64,000 bases of DNA from Malacoraja senta (lineage: Eukaryota): NCBI GenBank assembly GCA_038087875.1, contig CM075988.1, forward strand, positions 9,550,001-9,614,000, given 5' to 3'. Shown piece after piece: positions 1 to 12,646 of the stretch. The stretch's first letter is position 1, and every line of letters begins with the position of its first letter. The notes under the pieces are model-generated. The model had not been told where the DNA came from. It was given only the letters and a program-made list of their open reading frames with translations, and did no database searches. The position numbers and the translations under genes are program-made.

Positions 1-44
1 GAAGGACCTATTTTCTCCTATACTCATTATGAAGTATATGAGAA

Positions 45-1038
45 AATGAAGGCCAACGTGCCATTAGCTTACTTCACTGGCTGTTGTACCTGTATGCTTA
101 CTTTCAGTGGCTGATGTACTAGGACACCCAGGTCTCGTTGTACTTCCCCTTTTCCTAACCTGACACCATTCAGATAATAATCTGCCTTCCCGTTCTTGCC
201 TCCAAAGAGGATGTACTTGGATAAATAGTACATTTATCCACATTATACTGCATCTGCCATGCATCTGCCCATTCACCCAACCTGTCCAAGTCACTCTGCA
301 TCCTCATAGCATCCTCTTCACAGTTCACACTGCCACCCAGCTTTGTGTCATCTGCAAATTTGCTAATGTTACTTTTAATTCCTTCATATAAATCATTAAT
401 GTATATTGTAAATAGCTGTGGTCCCAACACCGAGCCCTGCAGCACCCCAATAGTCATTGCCTGCCATTCTGAAAGTGACCCATTAATCCCTACTCTTTGT
501 TTCCTGTCTGCCAACCAATTTTCTATCCATGTCAATACCATACCCGCAATACCATGTGCTCTAATTTTGCCCACTAATCTCCTGTGTGGGACCTTATCAA
601 AGGCTTTCTGAAAGTCCAGTTACACTACATCCATTAGCTCTCCCTTGTCCATTTTACTTGTTACATCCTCAAAAGATTCCAGAAGATTTGTCAAGCATGA
701 TTTCCCCATTGTAAATCCAGGCTGACTTGGACCGATCCTGTTACTGCTATCCAAATGCGCCGATATTACACCTTTAATAATCGACTACAGCATCTTCCTC
801 ACCACTGATGTCAGACTAACTGGTTTATAATTCCCTGCTTTCTCTCTCCCTCCTTTCTTGAAAAGTGGAATAACATTAGCTACCCTCCAATCCACAGGAA
901 CTGATCCAGAATCTATAGAACATTGGAAAATGATCACCAATTGCGTCCACAATATCTAGAACCATCTCCTTGAGTACCCTGGGATGCAGACCACCAGGCC
1001 CTGGGGGTTTATCAGCCTTCAGTCCCATCAGTCTCCCC
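45..1038 (-). mobile_element. CR1-clade LINE fragment (RT region), degraded
   Basis: ORF 170-574(-) has CR1 RT motifs GVLQGSVLGPQLF and SKFADDTKLGG; clearly similar to the CR1 at 43713-45562. Confidence 0.9.
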
Positions 1039-1039
1039 A

Positions 1040-1822
1040 CAGAATGGAAAAAAACAGAAAGGAAAATATAAAATAAAAGGTAAGGGATAAAGAAAGGAAC
1101 ACAGGATAGAAGGAAAGAGAAAAATGAAGGAAAGAAAGAAAGAGAAAATAAGGGAAGGAAGGAAGGAAATAAGGAATAGAGAAAAGAAGAAACAAAAGAA
1201 AGATAAGAGAAAAAGAAAGGAAGGAAGGAAATAAGGAATAGAGAAAAGAAGAAATAAAAGAAAGAGAAAAAGAAAAGAAATAAGGAAAAGAGAAAAGAAG
1301 AAATAAAAGAAAGATAAGAGAAAAAGAAAGGGAGGTGGGAAAGAGGGAAAGAGGGAAAGAGGGAAAGAGGGAAAGAGGGAAAGAGGGAAAGAGGGAAAGA
1401 GGAAAGAGGGAAAGAGGGAAAGAGGGAAAGAGGGAAAGAGGGAAAGAGGGAAAGAGGGAAAGAGGGAAAGAGGGAAAGAGGGAAAGAGGGAAAGAGGGAA
1501 AGAGGGAAAGAGGGAAAGAGGGAAAGAGGGAAAGAAAGAGGGAAGGAAGAAGGGAAGGAAAGAAGGAGGGAAGGAAAGAAGGAGGGAAGGAAAGAAGGAG
1601 GGAAGGAAAGAAGGGGGAAGGAAAGAAGGAGGGAAGGAAAGAAGGAGGGAAGGAAAGAGGGAAGGAGGGAAGGAAGGAAGGAAGGAAGGTAGGAAGGAAA
1701 GAAAGAAGGAAAGAAGGAAGAGAGAGAAAAAGAAAGAGTGAAAGAAAGAGTGAAAGAAAGAGTGAAAGAGTGAAAGAGTGAAAGGATGAAAAGAAGAAAA
1801 AGAAGAAAGGAAGGAAGGAGAC
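1040..1822. repeat. Purine-rich low-complexity tract incl. (GAGGGAAA)n, (GGAA)n and (GAGTGAAA)n
   Basis: Almost only A/G on the + strand; 8-bp unit array about 1337-1540. Confidence 0.95.
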
Positions 1823-3077
1823 TAAGAGAGGGGATGAAGCCAGGATGGATTAAATGAATTGATTAATTACATTTAATGGCATCGGAATGACCAATCCACC
1901 ACATATAATGAGGAACCAAAAATATAAAATAGATAAGTTCATGACGGAGTTGGTCTCAGAGCCTGTGTCCTAATATGGACAGAGTTTTCCTCTGATGGAT
2001 TTGAGTGCTGAAATGTACCTGAGACTTCTGGTACCATCTCAATGTGACGTACATGGAAATAATTTGCCACATGCATTATTTACCTCACGGGCAAAACAAA
2101 ATTATTTTGAAAGCAGCAAACCTATTGATTGAAAAATACTTTCTTGCTTTTCCAGAGGCAAGGTACTCAATTCACATCAGTTCTGATGAATTCCATTAAT
2201 GTTAATGAGCTGCAAGAGTGAAGGTAGCAGCCATTTCACCGATTGTCATAGTTGCCAGAAGGGTTGCAACAGTTCAAGAAGGGCGGATCACCACCACTAT
2301 CTCAAGAGCAAAAGCTTTTCACTGTATTTCGGTACATGTGACAATAAACTAAACTCAAAATCAAAAGAGCAATAAGTTATTGTGCCAGTATTACTAGTGA
2401 TGTAATATGTCATATAATGCATGAATATATTCCTTGTTGTCAGGAAAAAAATATTTAAGCAAGCAAGCAAGTGATTTATAGCATTTCTGAACTGAATCTT
2501 TGTATCATAGTCACTGGTTGTTCTGTGAGGTTGGTTAATATAACAGAAGGTTTAATATAATAACAGGAGGAGTAATATTCAGCTTCTTTGGAAAACTGTT
2601 TTAAACATGCATGAGGACTGCTCTGTAATTATATTTTAGAGTAAAATTCATTTATTTAATCAAGATTGTTGCCATGAGTAACTTCAAATATTTTTAATAT
2701 GACACCATATGAAAGTTGTCTTTATTAGAGTTTCTTTAGTCATATTTCTTCAGTATAGGTTCAAAATGTGTAATAACGGCTTGAAGAAGATGTATCTGTA
2801 CGTCTAGGGGTAGGTCATGGTTAGTTGACGTCTCCAAATGTTCAGATCTGGACCGACAGCTGAAAACTCTGGTTCACTTTAATTACCCCCAAAATCAATA
2901 ATTTCTGACACAAAATATGGGTTCTTTAATATTCAGGGTTCCATGATATTCAAGCAGACATTTTTATCATAAGGTCCAAGCTCAGATGTGCGCTCTGTAA
3001 TGTTATCACTTGGCTCCCCACTACCATCCCTCAAACATCTCAGAACGTGGTGGAGAGAGAGGTGGGCTCCATGGAAT

Positions 3078-3378
3078 AGTTTAGTTTAGTTTAGAGATAC
3101 AGCACGTTAACAGGCCCTTCGGCCCATCGGGTCTGCGCCGACCAGCGATCCCGTACATTAACACTATCCTACACACCTTAGGGGCAATTTTTTTAATACA
3201 TGAAACCAACTCAATTAACTTGCAACCCTGAACGTCTTTGGAGTGTGGGAGGAAACCGAAGATCTCAGATAAAACCCACTCAGGTCAGGGGGAGAACATA
3301 CAAACTGCGTACAGACAAGCACCCGTAGTCAGGATCGAACCTGTGTATCTGATGCTGTAAGGCAGCAGCTCTACTGCT
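3078..3378 (-). mobile_element. tRNA-derived V-SINE (HE1-like)
   Basis: B-box GTTCGATCC on minus, central domain, CR1-like tail and (CTAAA)n end; many near-identical copies in the window. Confidence 0.85.
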
Positions 3379-3493
3379 TGGGATGTAGGAAGAAACCAGA
3401 GCAACTGTACAGTCACAGGGGAACATGCAAACTCCACGCAGGCAGGCCAGGGTTGAACCCAAGTCACTGGGGCACCTCTACTGTCCGCACCAC
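3379..3493 (-). mobile_element. 5' part of a second V-SINE
   Basis: Repeats the SINE head/central segment (gtcacaggggaacatgcaaactcc...gttgaaccc). Confidence 0.65.
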
Positions 3494-4330
3494 TACCTAC
3501 GGGCTTTGGTCACAGCTAAAATTTGGTATGGGAAGCATACCACTAAAACACATTTACTTATCACATCTGCACCGTTCTTGAGTGTGCGACCATTTTGAGG
3601 CACATATTTTTATTAAATGGGAAATATGACAGCTTACCCTTGAAGTTAAAATATTGCACTCAAACCATTCATCCAAGAATGTGTACGGTTATGCAAATTG
3701 CAGTGTAATTAAGCTCCAATACCATAGAGAATTACAATAATAACCTGATTTTTAGTGAGAACGCCTCTTAAAATGGGATTTTTGCCCATTAGTTTTCAGC
3801 AGGACTAGTTTTCAGTATTACTGAACAAAACAACCTTCATTTGCATATATATTCAAAGGAGATATATTACCTTTTCAATTGCACTTAAAATTTATGTTGA
3901 TTCCAATTTGGTTGTTCGGTAGTGTCTGAATAAATCAGTTACAGTAAACACAATTAAAACATAATCCCTCACTCACTCTTCATTTTTAGCAGGTGGGCAG
4001 AGCGGTTTTCATTCCAGCATAGTCCTCCTGGATCCTGCAGCATTGTGGTGAGGTTGCTAGGCAAGTAAGCTAGCCTGGTCTGAACCAATGATCCAAACTC
4101 ATGATTTCAAATCATAGGAAGTGGCAAGGGAATCTACATGTGAGTAATTAAATAAAACTATATTAGTAAAGTGTATGTCATTAACAGTGACCGTAGAGCT
4201 ACTGAAATTCCGTAACAATCCCCTTTGGCTTGTAGTTGACTTGATTGAATCCTCGAGCTGTATCCATGGAAACTGTCTCTTTGGTACACCAAGTCCATGC
4301 CGACCATCCATTTAATACAACTCCACACTA

Positions 4331-5205
4331 TGGCGGATGTGGAGGAGTGGGCGCGTTTGTACGGGCGCCTGCCTGCAGTCCGTCCTCTAACCCGTTTTAT
4401 TGTCTATAACTTTTATTTGGAGGTCTATTCTTTCTATGTGGGGGTGGGGGATGGGGAAACTGTTTCAACCCCAGTTCTACCTGGTCGGATATGCGGTTTT
4501 CCTCCAAATCGCATCTTCGCTCTCCCCATGCGGCCTTCCATCGTGCTGGAGTGGCGTTCCTGCCGGGGACCACAGCTTCGGCGGCACAGCGCTGGGACAC
4601 CAACAAGGAGCGGGCAATGCCTTGCCGGGTCGCCACTCCGCAGTGCTGTGACCGCCGACCACCACATCGAGCAGCGAGTCTGCGGTCTGTGGTCTGCGGT
4701 CTGCGGTCTGCGGTTTGAGGGCATCCCGCCGCGGGCGGGCGGCGCTGGATCAAAAACACCGCGGAGTCGAAGCACCAACCGGCGCGGCCTGAAGTCCCGG
4801 GCGTCGCAGTCTCCGGGGAAGTAGCGGCCGCTCCAGATACTTCAAGGCCGCTGAGGACTTTCCACCCGATGCCGGTGTTCCAGCTTCCCGGCGGGTGGGC
4901 CTACAACATCGGGCTGCCGTTGCGGCGACTGGCTGCGGAGGCCTCAAACTGGCCCCGACCTCGGGTGGACTAGGAGGAGGACTGGACATTTTGGTTCCTT
5001 TCCCTCACAGTGGAGAGTGTCGACTCTGCTGTAGGGGGGATGTTCGTGTTGAATCTCTAATAGTGTGTCGTGTCTTTTTTTTCTACCTCTTTTTTTTCCT
5101 CATTTATATGGATAATTTTCTCTGTAAAGCACTTTGGCTTCAGTGATTGAAATTGATTGAAAAGTGCTATATAAATAAATTTCCTTTACTTACTTTACTT
5201 TACTT
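4331..5205 (+). mobile_element. GC-rich non-autonomous retroelement with an L2-type 3' tail, inserted in a SINE
   Basis: 3' end gtaaagcactttgg...aaagtgctatataaataaa plus (TTAC)n resembles the L2 tail at about 31168-31233; SINE sequence resumes on both sides. Confidence 0.6.
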
Positions 5206-5486
5206 ACTAACCCCATTTTATTCTCCCCACATTCCCATCAACCCCACCCCCCTCCCCCCCCCCCAGTTTCTGCCACATGCCTAAACACTTGGACAATATA
5301 AAATAGCTAATTAAAGTACTGAGTCATAGGGTCTTTGATATGTGGTGGAAACTGGAGCAGCTTTTCTCCTGGTTCACAAAATTGCAGTTGATTCCTCGAC
5401 TGCACTGTGCACTTAATATGGAAAAACCTGCATCTGACTAATCATTGGCTCCTCCTTGCACAAGGCGGATTATAAATAATGCTGAT

Positions 5487-5686
5487 NNNNNNNNNNNNNN
5501 NNNNNNNNNNNNNNNNNNNNNNNNNNNNNNNNNNNNNNNNNNNNNNNNNNNNNNNNNNNNNNNNNNNNNNNNNNNNNNNNNNNNNNNNNNNNNNNNNNNN
5601 NNNNNNNNNNNNNNNNNNNNNNNNNNNNNNNNNNNNNNNNNNNNNNNNNNNNNNNNNNNNNNNNNNNNNNNNNNNNNNNNNNNNNN
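5487..5686. other. Assembly gap (200 N)
   Basis: Run of N. Confidence 1.
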
Positions 5687-5744
5687 GTAATTTGTACATA
5701 GGCCGAGAGAAATTGCATTTACATTGTAAGGCAAGTAACTTATT

Positions 5745-6016
5745 TAATTTACTTTATTTTAGAGCTACAGTGCGAAACAGGCCCTTCGGCCCACTGGGTC
5801 CGTGCCGACCAGCGATCCTCACACATTAACACTATCCTACACACACAAGGGACAATTTACATTTATGCTAAGCCAATTAACCTACAAACATGTACGTCTT
5901 TGGAGTGTGGGATGAAACCGAAAATCTCGGAGAAAACCCACACGGGCACGGGGAGAACGTAAAACTCCGTACAAACAGCACCCGTGGTCGGGAACGAACC
6001 CGGGTCTCTGACGCTG
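5745..6016 (-). mobile_element. V-SINE (HE1-like), 5' truncated
   Basis: Matches the other SINE copies (gaaacaggcccttcggccc...ggagtgtggg...cgaacccgggtctctg). Confidence 0.85.
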
Positions 6017-6619
6017 TTGGTCAGAACAAACAGAGATGCAAGAAACTGCCGATGCTGGAGGGATTCCACCATGAAATGTTGGAGGAAGTCAGCGGGTCAG
6101 GCAGTCCAGCCTAATCAGTCTACAAATGTTTATTCATTTACTAAATTTAAAGCTGATTAAAGAGTGTTTTGGTCATTGATTAGTCTATTGGCCAATAAAG
6201 TGCTCTGCTGTATAATAAGGATTTTTCATGCTTTTACTGAAAAATCAAATGCTAACAATGTTTTTTAGATTTAAATAAAAATAAACAAATACTATAGAAA
6301 TTGAAACTTGGGTCATATTGGCTGAATATGAGATACATGAACAATATACACATGCATTGTAAAAGAAAATCTGTAATTTAAGGAAGGTAGATACCCCTTC
6401 GCTTAGAAATATTGTGCTGTTTTCTTTTAAGATTTTAATTCAGAGGAACCATTTGATAATATGTCTACTCCTGACATACTAGGTCCTAGATGAGCTTGTC
6501 ATATTGATAACCTACTGGTAAAATCACCTAAATATACCGGAAATTATTATGTTGGGTGATGTCCATAATGTTCAGATGTTTAAATAAGAAAAAAAATCCA
6601 GTATCATGCTCGGAGTAGA

Positions 6620-7260
6620 TACAGAGCCCTTGCAATGGCACTGAGTGCCTGTAGTCCATATATCAAGAGTACACTAACTATGAGTTTTCCATTTTCATTT
6701 CTGCACCCCCATCCCCTCCCTGTGTTCTTGTTCCACTGGGACCAGTCCCCTGAGGTACTCTCTTCATTTGCACACATTTCCCATTTCCAGCCAGCCATCT
6801 TAACTAGATATCTACCTGGGTTTCCTCTCCCAAAGCCTACCATCCCCAATCCCTCCCTGATCTGGTTCCATCTGTCCATTTTCCCTGTCTTAACTGTTCC
6901 CACTGATCACTGTTCACCTCTATCCCTACCTTCCCCACCCCTCCATTCTCACTTTCACCTGCCCACTGTTTTTCTTTCCTTCTCTATTTCAATCTACCAC
7001 CCACCAGCCTCTATCTCTTAACTCCCCCACATGGCTCCATCTGCCACATTTCACCTGCTTCCATTTATCCCCTGCCAGCCCCTGTGTCACCCTCCTTTCG
7101 CCTCATTAAACTGTATATCTTCCTTCCACACTCTCAGTCTTGAATCGCAACCCGAAACGTTGTCTATCCACTTCCCTCCTCAGGTTAACCCTCTGAGTTA
7201 TACCTTCAGTTTGCCCTTTATTCCAGATTCCAGCAGCTGCAGCCTCTTATGTCTCCATCA
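6620..7260 (+). mobile_element. Degenerate Penelope-like 3' fragment
   Basis: Pyrimidine-rich body ending in the decayed pLTR motif cagtct...acccgaaacgttg...ctgagtta...ccagcagctgcag, as at 49800-49910. Confidence 0.45.
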
Positions 7261-8619
7261 AGAGTAGATGGAAGTCCAGCATAATCAATAGATGGGCCCC
7301 ATCATAACCGAGCCATAAGCTCATTCCATCACACACCTCTTGCCTCAGGTGTGATAGAGTCTGTGCTGCCCTCTGATTTGATCAGCCAGCTCAAGACCCA
7401 CAGATTACAGAGTGGAAGCAAACCATCCTTGATTGTAAGGGATTGAACAGGGAGGCTTAAGGATGTGAGATATTGTGCATTTATAATAGTTTGGTCTGAG
7501 ATAATTCATCATAAATTGCACTGAAGTTCTCAGACATGGAACAGTTAATCAAAACATTGCAATGAGGAAGGCTTAGTATGACTAAGAAAAATAAGATAAT
7601 ACTTTAAACTATCAATGCCCTAAGAAACTAACCTGTTGTTTGCATAATTATGTCAGTTGGTAAGATTTAAGGGACATTGAAATGGAAGGGGATATTTAGT
7701 TTTGATTTATACTTGAGGGGTAAAAAGAACTAATACATGATAATTATCCATGGGATGGATGCAATGTAATGGGAGCTTCAGGAGAAAGATATGTCCACAT
7801 CTGAGAATGGACTTTAGGAAAAGCATCATCTTTTGTTGTGTTGCAGTTTCTGAATCTATATTTCCATCTCAAATACACAGAATATTTGAAGTAACATCTA
7901 ATGTAACACACTGAAGATATGTTTACTTTAGCTAAATCTGCGTGATTTTGATCTTGGGTAAAGACATGAGATTGGATTGTTGACATAAAATTGGCGGCTC
8001 CCAAAATTAAAATGGTCGCCTGCATCTTCATTGAAATTGGATTTCTGGGCAATCAGCTACAAATTATTGATGGTTATTTCACCATGAGTATAGTAGTTGT
8101 ATCCTTACTCAGTCATGGCAGTGTACTGGACTCCTGGATGTGTCCATTCCAAGATGTTGAATTGAACAATTAGCCATTCATCAAACAATTGGAAAGTCAA
8201 TACACATGAGGCTCGAAGTGTCAGCACCATCAACAAACATTTGAACTGTGCCAAACCATATTGTTGCCTTTTGCGATATCAAAGGGAAGTCTTAGGTCTT
8301 GTCGAGATGGAACTTACATAGCGAGGAAGAATGAATCCACTTTGCTGTTGATATGACAGCTATCTCTGTAGTTGTAAGTTCAAAGATAAATTGTGTAAGT
8401 CTTCAATTGATTCAGAGGAATTGTTCACAGATAGTGAAGGTGGGTAAGATCTAAGCACGATAATATTCAGCATTTTAGTAGCATCCATGTGAAGTAGGTA
8501 TATCCAATCGATAGTAAGGTTATTACAGGTCTACTGAAACATCAAGTACAAACAATGTATATGATATTTTGTTAAAAAGAAAACATATGTGGAATGCATC
8601 TGGATGATACTGTAAGAAA

Positions 8620-8715
8620 GATAAAACACAAAATGCTGGAGTAACCCAGCGGGTCAGGCAGCATCTCTGGAGAAAAGGAATAGGTGATGTTTTTGGTTGA
8701 AGCCCTTCATCAGTC
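8620..8715 (-). mobile_element. Penelope pLTR-derived short repeat
   Basis: aaacacaaaatgctggagtaac...gcagcatctctggagaaaaggaataggtga...cccttcatcag; reverse complement of the 49820-49910 motif. Confidence 0.7.
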
Positions 8716-9029
8716 CCTTCTTTGGACATGTGTTCTTTCCTACACATTTTGTCTGCTCCACTGTGAAATGTCTTCAAGGTATGCCTAGTTTGAAGAAGTT
8801 CTCCTCCTCCTCCTCCTTCCTATACAAGATGTTACTGCAGTCAGTCTTGAGAACATTGGACTTAGAAGAAGAATTGCTTGATGGTGAACTGACCATTCTC
8901 CCTGAGCTTGCCTCTTACCACCTTTGAAAAGATAGTGTTGATTTGGCCAGTTAATCCCAATGGAACAACAACCAATCAATCAGTTAGCCATGCGCATGTA
9001 TAATCATTGATATTTTCCCTTAACAGTGA

Positions 9030-9330
9030 TTGATTGATTAAAAGACATAGCATAGAAACAGACCCTTTGGCTCACTGAGTCCATGTCAACTATCAATCAC
9101 AAGTTCACACTAGTTCTATTTTATTCCACTCTCGCATCTGTTCCCTACACACCAGGGGAAATTTTACAACAACTTTGATCTGTGGGAGGAAACCTGAGTA
9201 CTCAGCGGAAACCCATGCAGTCACAGGGAGAACGTACAAAATCCATACTCAGAGTATCCGAGGTCAGGATCGAACCTGGGTCTCTGGTGCTGTGAGGAAA
9301 CAGCTCTACCAACTGTGCCACTATATCACC
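9030..9330 (-). mobile_element. V-SINE
   Basis: SINE tail, central domain and B-box (ggatcgaacc on +). Confidence 0.8.
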
Positions 9331-10082
9331 ACATTGTGGGCAAATAGTGACACTCTGACAATGCACTGTCCAATTATTCTGATATGCCAGTGGTTCACTA
9401 TCTGCCTCGCTTTGTAAAATTTCCTTTGCTCCCCTCTTACTCACAGGCCACACTTGACAGTCTGCAGGAACCCCAGTTTCTGTACTCCTTTTAAAAAATT
9501 GTACAGGTCCACCACTGATTTAGCAGGACACTTGGTTCCAGGGTCTTTCTGGATTGACTGTTTTGCCAGATCAATAGAGGTCATGCCTTGGGGTGCCGAA
9601 ATACTGGCCCACAAAGTCGGCCGCGGAAGTCGGCTATGGGAACGGATATGCCGGTTCCGGCTAGTCGGGAGTTCCAGAGCCCTGGCCACAGGCGGTAAAT
9701 TCGATCCGGTGATCGGCCGTAGAAGTCGTCTATGACATCAGATCTGCTGGCTCTGTTCGGGCCACAGTTCCAGAGCCCTGGCTGCTGCGGACAAATTCGA
9801 CCCGCTGGTTGACAAGGAAGTCCCAATGAGGTTGAGATTGGCCGACTCACCCGGCCTAGGCACCACATTTTTGGGGGGACCTCAGGCGTAGGGGGGGAGG
9901 GGGGGGGGTAAGATTTTGTCCTGATTAAAGGGACGGTGGGTGAGAGGTTGCTAGACTACCAGTTGCCAGATAATTGATGGTGGACCTGTATTGCCTCTTT
10001 AATAGGAAGAATAGCTGATAGTTCATCAAATCTGCTGGTCTGGAATTACCATCTTCCCAAGCATGCTAGATATTTGGAGTTC

Positions 10083-10083
<1 letters not shown>

Positions 10084-10152
<69 letters not shown>
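10084..10152. repeat. (GTT)n microsatellite
   Basis: Perfect trinucleotide array. Confidence 0.98.
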
Positions 10153-10381
10153 CTTGTCAATTTTCTTGTTACATTTGCCATCTTTGCATAAGTAATCTGT
10201 GTTTTATGAATTGATTAAAAAAATATATTTGATTTTACTTTAAAACTGATTCAAGACTTCCGGTGGCGCTATGGAGTAAGAGAGACTCACGCCGACTAGC
10301 TCCGGGAAAAACCCGCTGAAAACGGGGGAAAAAGACGGGACCTACCTGCAGTAAACGGCACCGATTGTTTGCAGTAAGTTC

Positions 10382-10808
10382 GTGACGTCATCAGGCGCGC
10401 GACACCGGCAGCATGTCGATTCAACATACCCCCCCAAGGCGAGAAAAACCGGCAAGGCTAAAGAGGTAGGCCCAACTGAAGCCTCGGCCTCAGTTTTAAC
10501 AGCATCCCAAGAAGATATCTCAAAGAAGAAAAAGACAGATGTGGAAGAATTAAAAATCTTCCTTACACAGGAAATCTCTAATATAATGAAAGAAATTAAA
10601 AATCTTAAACTGGATCTGATTTCTTTTAAAGAGGAAATTAAAGAACAAATTAAAGAAGAAGTTACAACTTCTATACATGAAGTTCTGGAAGATTGGAAGT
10701 TAGACATGGAAGAAAATATGAAACAAAATATTGAAGAAGTAAATGATAAACTGAATTCGATGGAATCTAAATTTGATTCTAAGTTGGAGCCTATCCTCCA
10801 GACATTAA
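10382..10808 (+). pseudogene. L1 ORF1p N-terminal coiled-coil part (interrupted by a MITE)
   Basis: Lys/Glu-rich heptad sequence (EEIKEQIKEEV, MEENMKQNIEEV); frame joins 11481-12646 once the MITE is removed. Confidence 0.8.
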
Positions 10809-11477
10809 AAGGCCTGTCTCATGAGTCTGTGGTCATTGGCGGCGAAACAGGAAGAATCTACTGCTCCTGGGCCGCCATAGACCGCGCACTCGGTCAAACG
10901 CACAATTCCGGGGCCGTGCGGCGTTGTTCCCAACACCGCACGGTGCTAAAATAAAACCAACACTGTCCAAAAAACTTTTCCTACTGCACAGCCGCCGCCA
11001 GTGAGGCACGAGTGCAGCATGGCCGCCGCCACAGCCGCCGCCAGTGTGGCACGAGTGCGGCACGGCCGCCGCCACAGCCGCCGCCAGTGTGGCACGAGCG
11101 CCGTGCGTCGAACTTGCACCGCCACAGCCTCCGCCAGTGAGGCACGACCGCCGCCACAGCCGCCACCACAGCCGCCGCCAGTGAGGCACGTGTGCGGCAT
11201 GGCCGCCGCTACAGCCACCGCTACAACGCCGCGATCAGCACGGCCGCCGCCACAGCCCCGCAGATCCGAAATGACGTCATCGCAGTCGGCCCGCCCTTTT
11301 TTTTTACTTACCGCAAGCTCGTGGGATCAGCCGTACTTAAATCACTCGGCCCCCGCGCAGCACCCGTGCGGCGCTCCCGTGGCATAGGCTCGGCGCTCTC
11401 GCCGTTGCCGTGCAGTCCCCTCTACAGGCGAAGCCGCGCTTCACCGCCGATGACCGCAACACCGTGAGACAGAGCCT
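10809..11477. mobile_element. PIF/Harbinger MITE A with internal GC-rich tandem repeats of up to about 42 bp
   Basis: Termini AAGGCCTGTCTCAT / GTGAGACAGAGCCT; flanks TAA (10806-10808) and TTA (11478-11480). Confidence 0.85.
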
Positions 11478-11480
11478 TTA

Positions 11481-12646
11481 ATCAACACCAACAGGTTGTG
11501 ACGGAATTAGAGGAAATTGCTGAGACAAGCACCGAAACTACAAATAAACTTATTGCTGAGAATAAACGCCTATCAAAGTTATTACATCAAATAACCGAAA
11601 AATGTATTGACTTGGAGGGACGACAGAGACGCCAGAATTTAAGATTCGTGGGCATCCAGGAAGGCAGAGAGGGGAATCGTGACCCCCGTGAATTTGCTGC
11701 AGATCTATTGAAAAAAGTCTTGAATTTGGATCAAGCACCACTACTTGCCCGAGCGCACAGAGTATCGAGACGTCGCCCGGATAGAGGTTTTATACAATGG
11801 AAAAATTATGGAATTAAAAAGATTGGACATCTTTATAGGGAAGGCATCTTTCTGTCATTTCAAGAGTTACAACAGAATTATGGACTACACTCAAATAATT
11901 TTTTCAGATATCTACAAATTAGAGATTATGTTAAATCTAATACACAAGTATATAGGACTAGGGAACCAGAAATTCTTGATGAATGTTTGAATAAGCATCC
12001 TAACACTGAAAAATTAATAGCTTATATCTATAACATCCTCTTAAACAATGAGGTACCACCGATGGAACTATATAGACACACATGGAAACATGAGTTAGGT
12101 CACTCTATAACGAAAGACATTTGGGACGAAAGTTTACAACATATACATCAATGCTCGTTAAATGCCAGACATGCTTTAATACAATTTAAAGTCTTACACA
12201 GATTACATTATTCCAAAATAAAACTAAATAGAATCTTCCCACATATTTCTCCTATCTGTGATAAATGCCTACATCTAGAGGCCAATTTAACACATACTTT
12301 TGCAAATTGTATAAAAATCAAAAATTTCTGGATTGATATTTTTGAAATAATTTCTGAAGTTGTTAATACTAACTTGGATTCAGACTCAAAATTAATAATA
12401 CTTGGGATATCAGAACAAAGTTTAATACTCACAACAAGCCAAAGAAACTTCCTCGACTACAGTATAATAACTGGGAAAAAATTAATATTAAAATTTTGGA
12501 AAGGTCCTATAACCCCCACAATTAAAATGTGGATTGTGGAAATGTCGGAGACCCTACATCTAGAAAGAATTAGACTTGTCTTAATGGACAAACAAGAACT
12601 TTTTGTTAAAATATGGGCTCCATTCGTTAACTATTTGAAGGGATAG
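11481..12646 (+). pseudogene. L1 ORF1p central part fused in frame to the ORF2p C-terminal (CCHC zinc-knuckle) region
   Basis: DLEGRQRRQNLRFVGIQEG and ARAHRV (ORF1) followed directly by FIQWKNYGIK...CDKCLHLEANLTHTFANC...ETLHLERIR, colinear with ORF 52897-54015. Confidence 0.85.

Noticed and set aside
1335..1781. 148-aa K/R/E/G-rich ORF
   Set aside because: Translation of a purine microsatellite that lacks stop codons
4297..5146. Several GC-rich ORFs suggesting a first exon or CpG-island gene
   Set aside because: They lie in an L2-tailed insertion within a SINE; open in many frames because of GC content
5438..5829. ORFs spanning the N run
   Set aside because: Assembly gap artefact
10985..11260. 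Regular GC-rich repeats resembling a CRISPR array
   Set aside because: Head-to-tail degenerate tandem units with no unique spacers, inside a MITE in eukaryotic DNA with no cas genes
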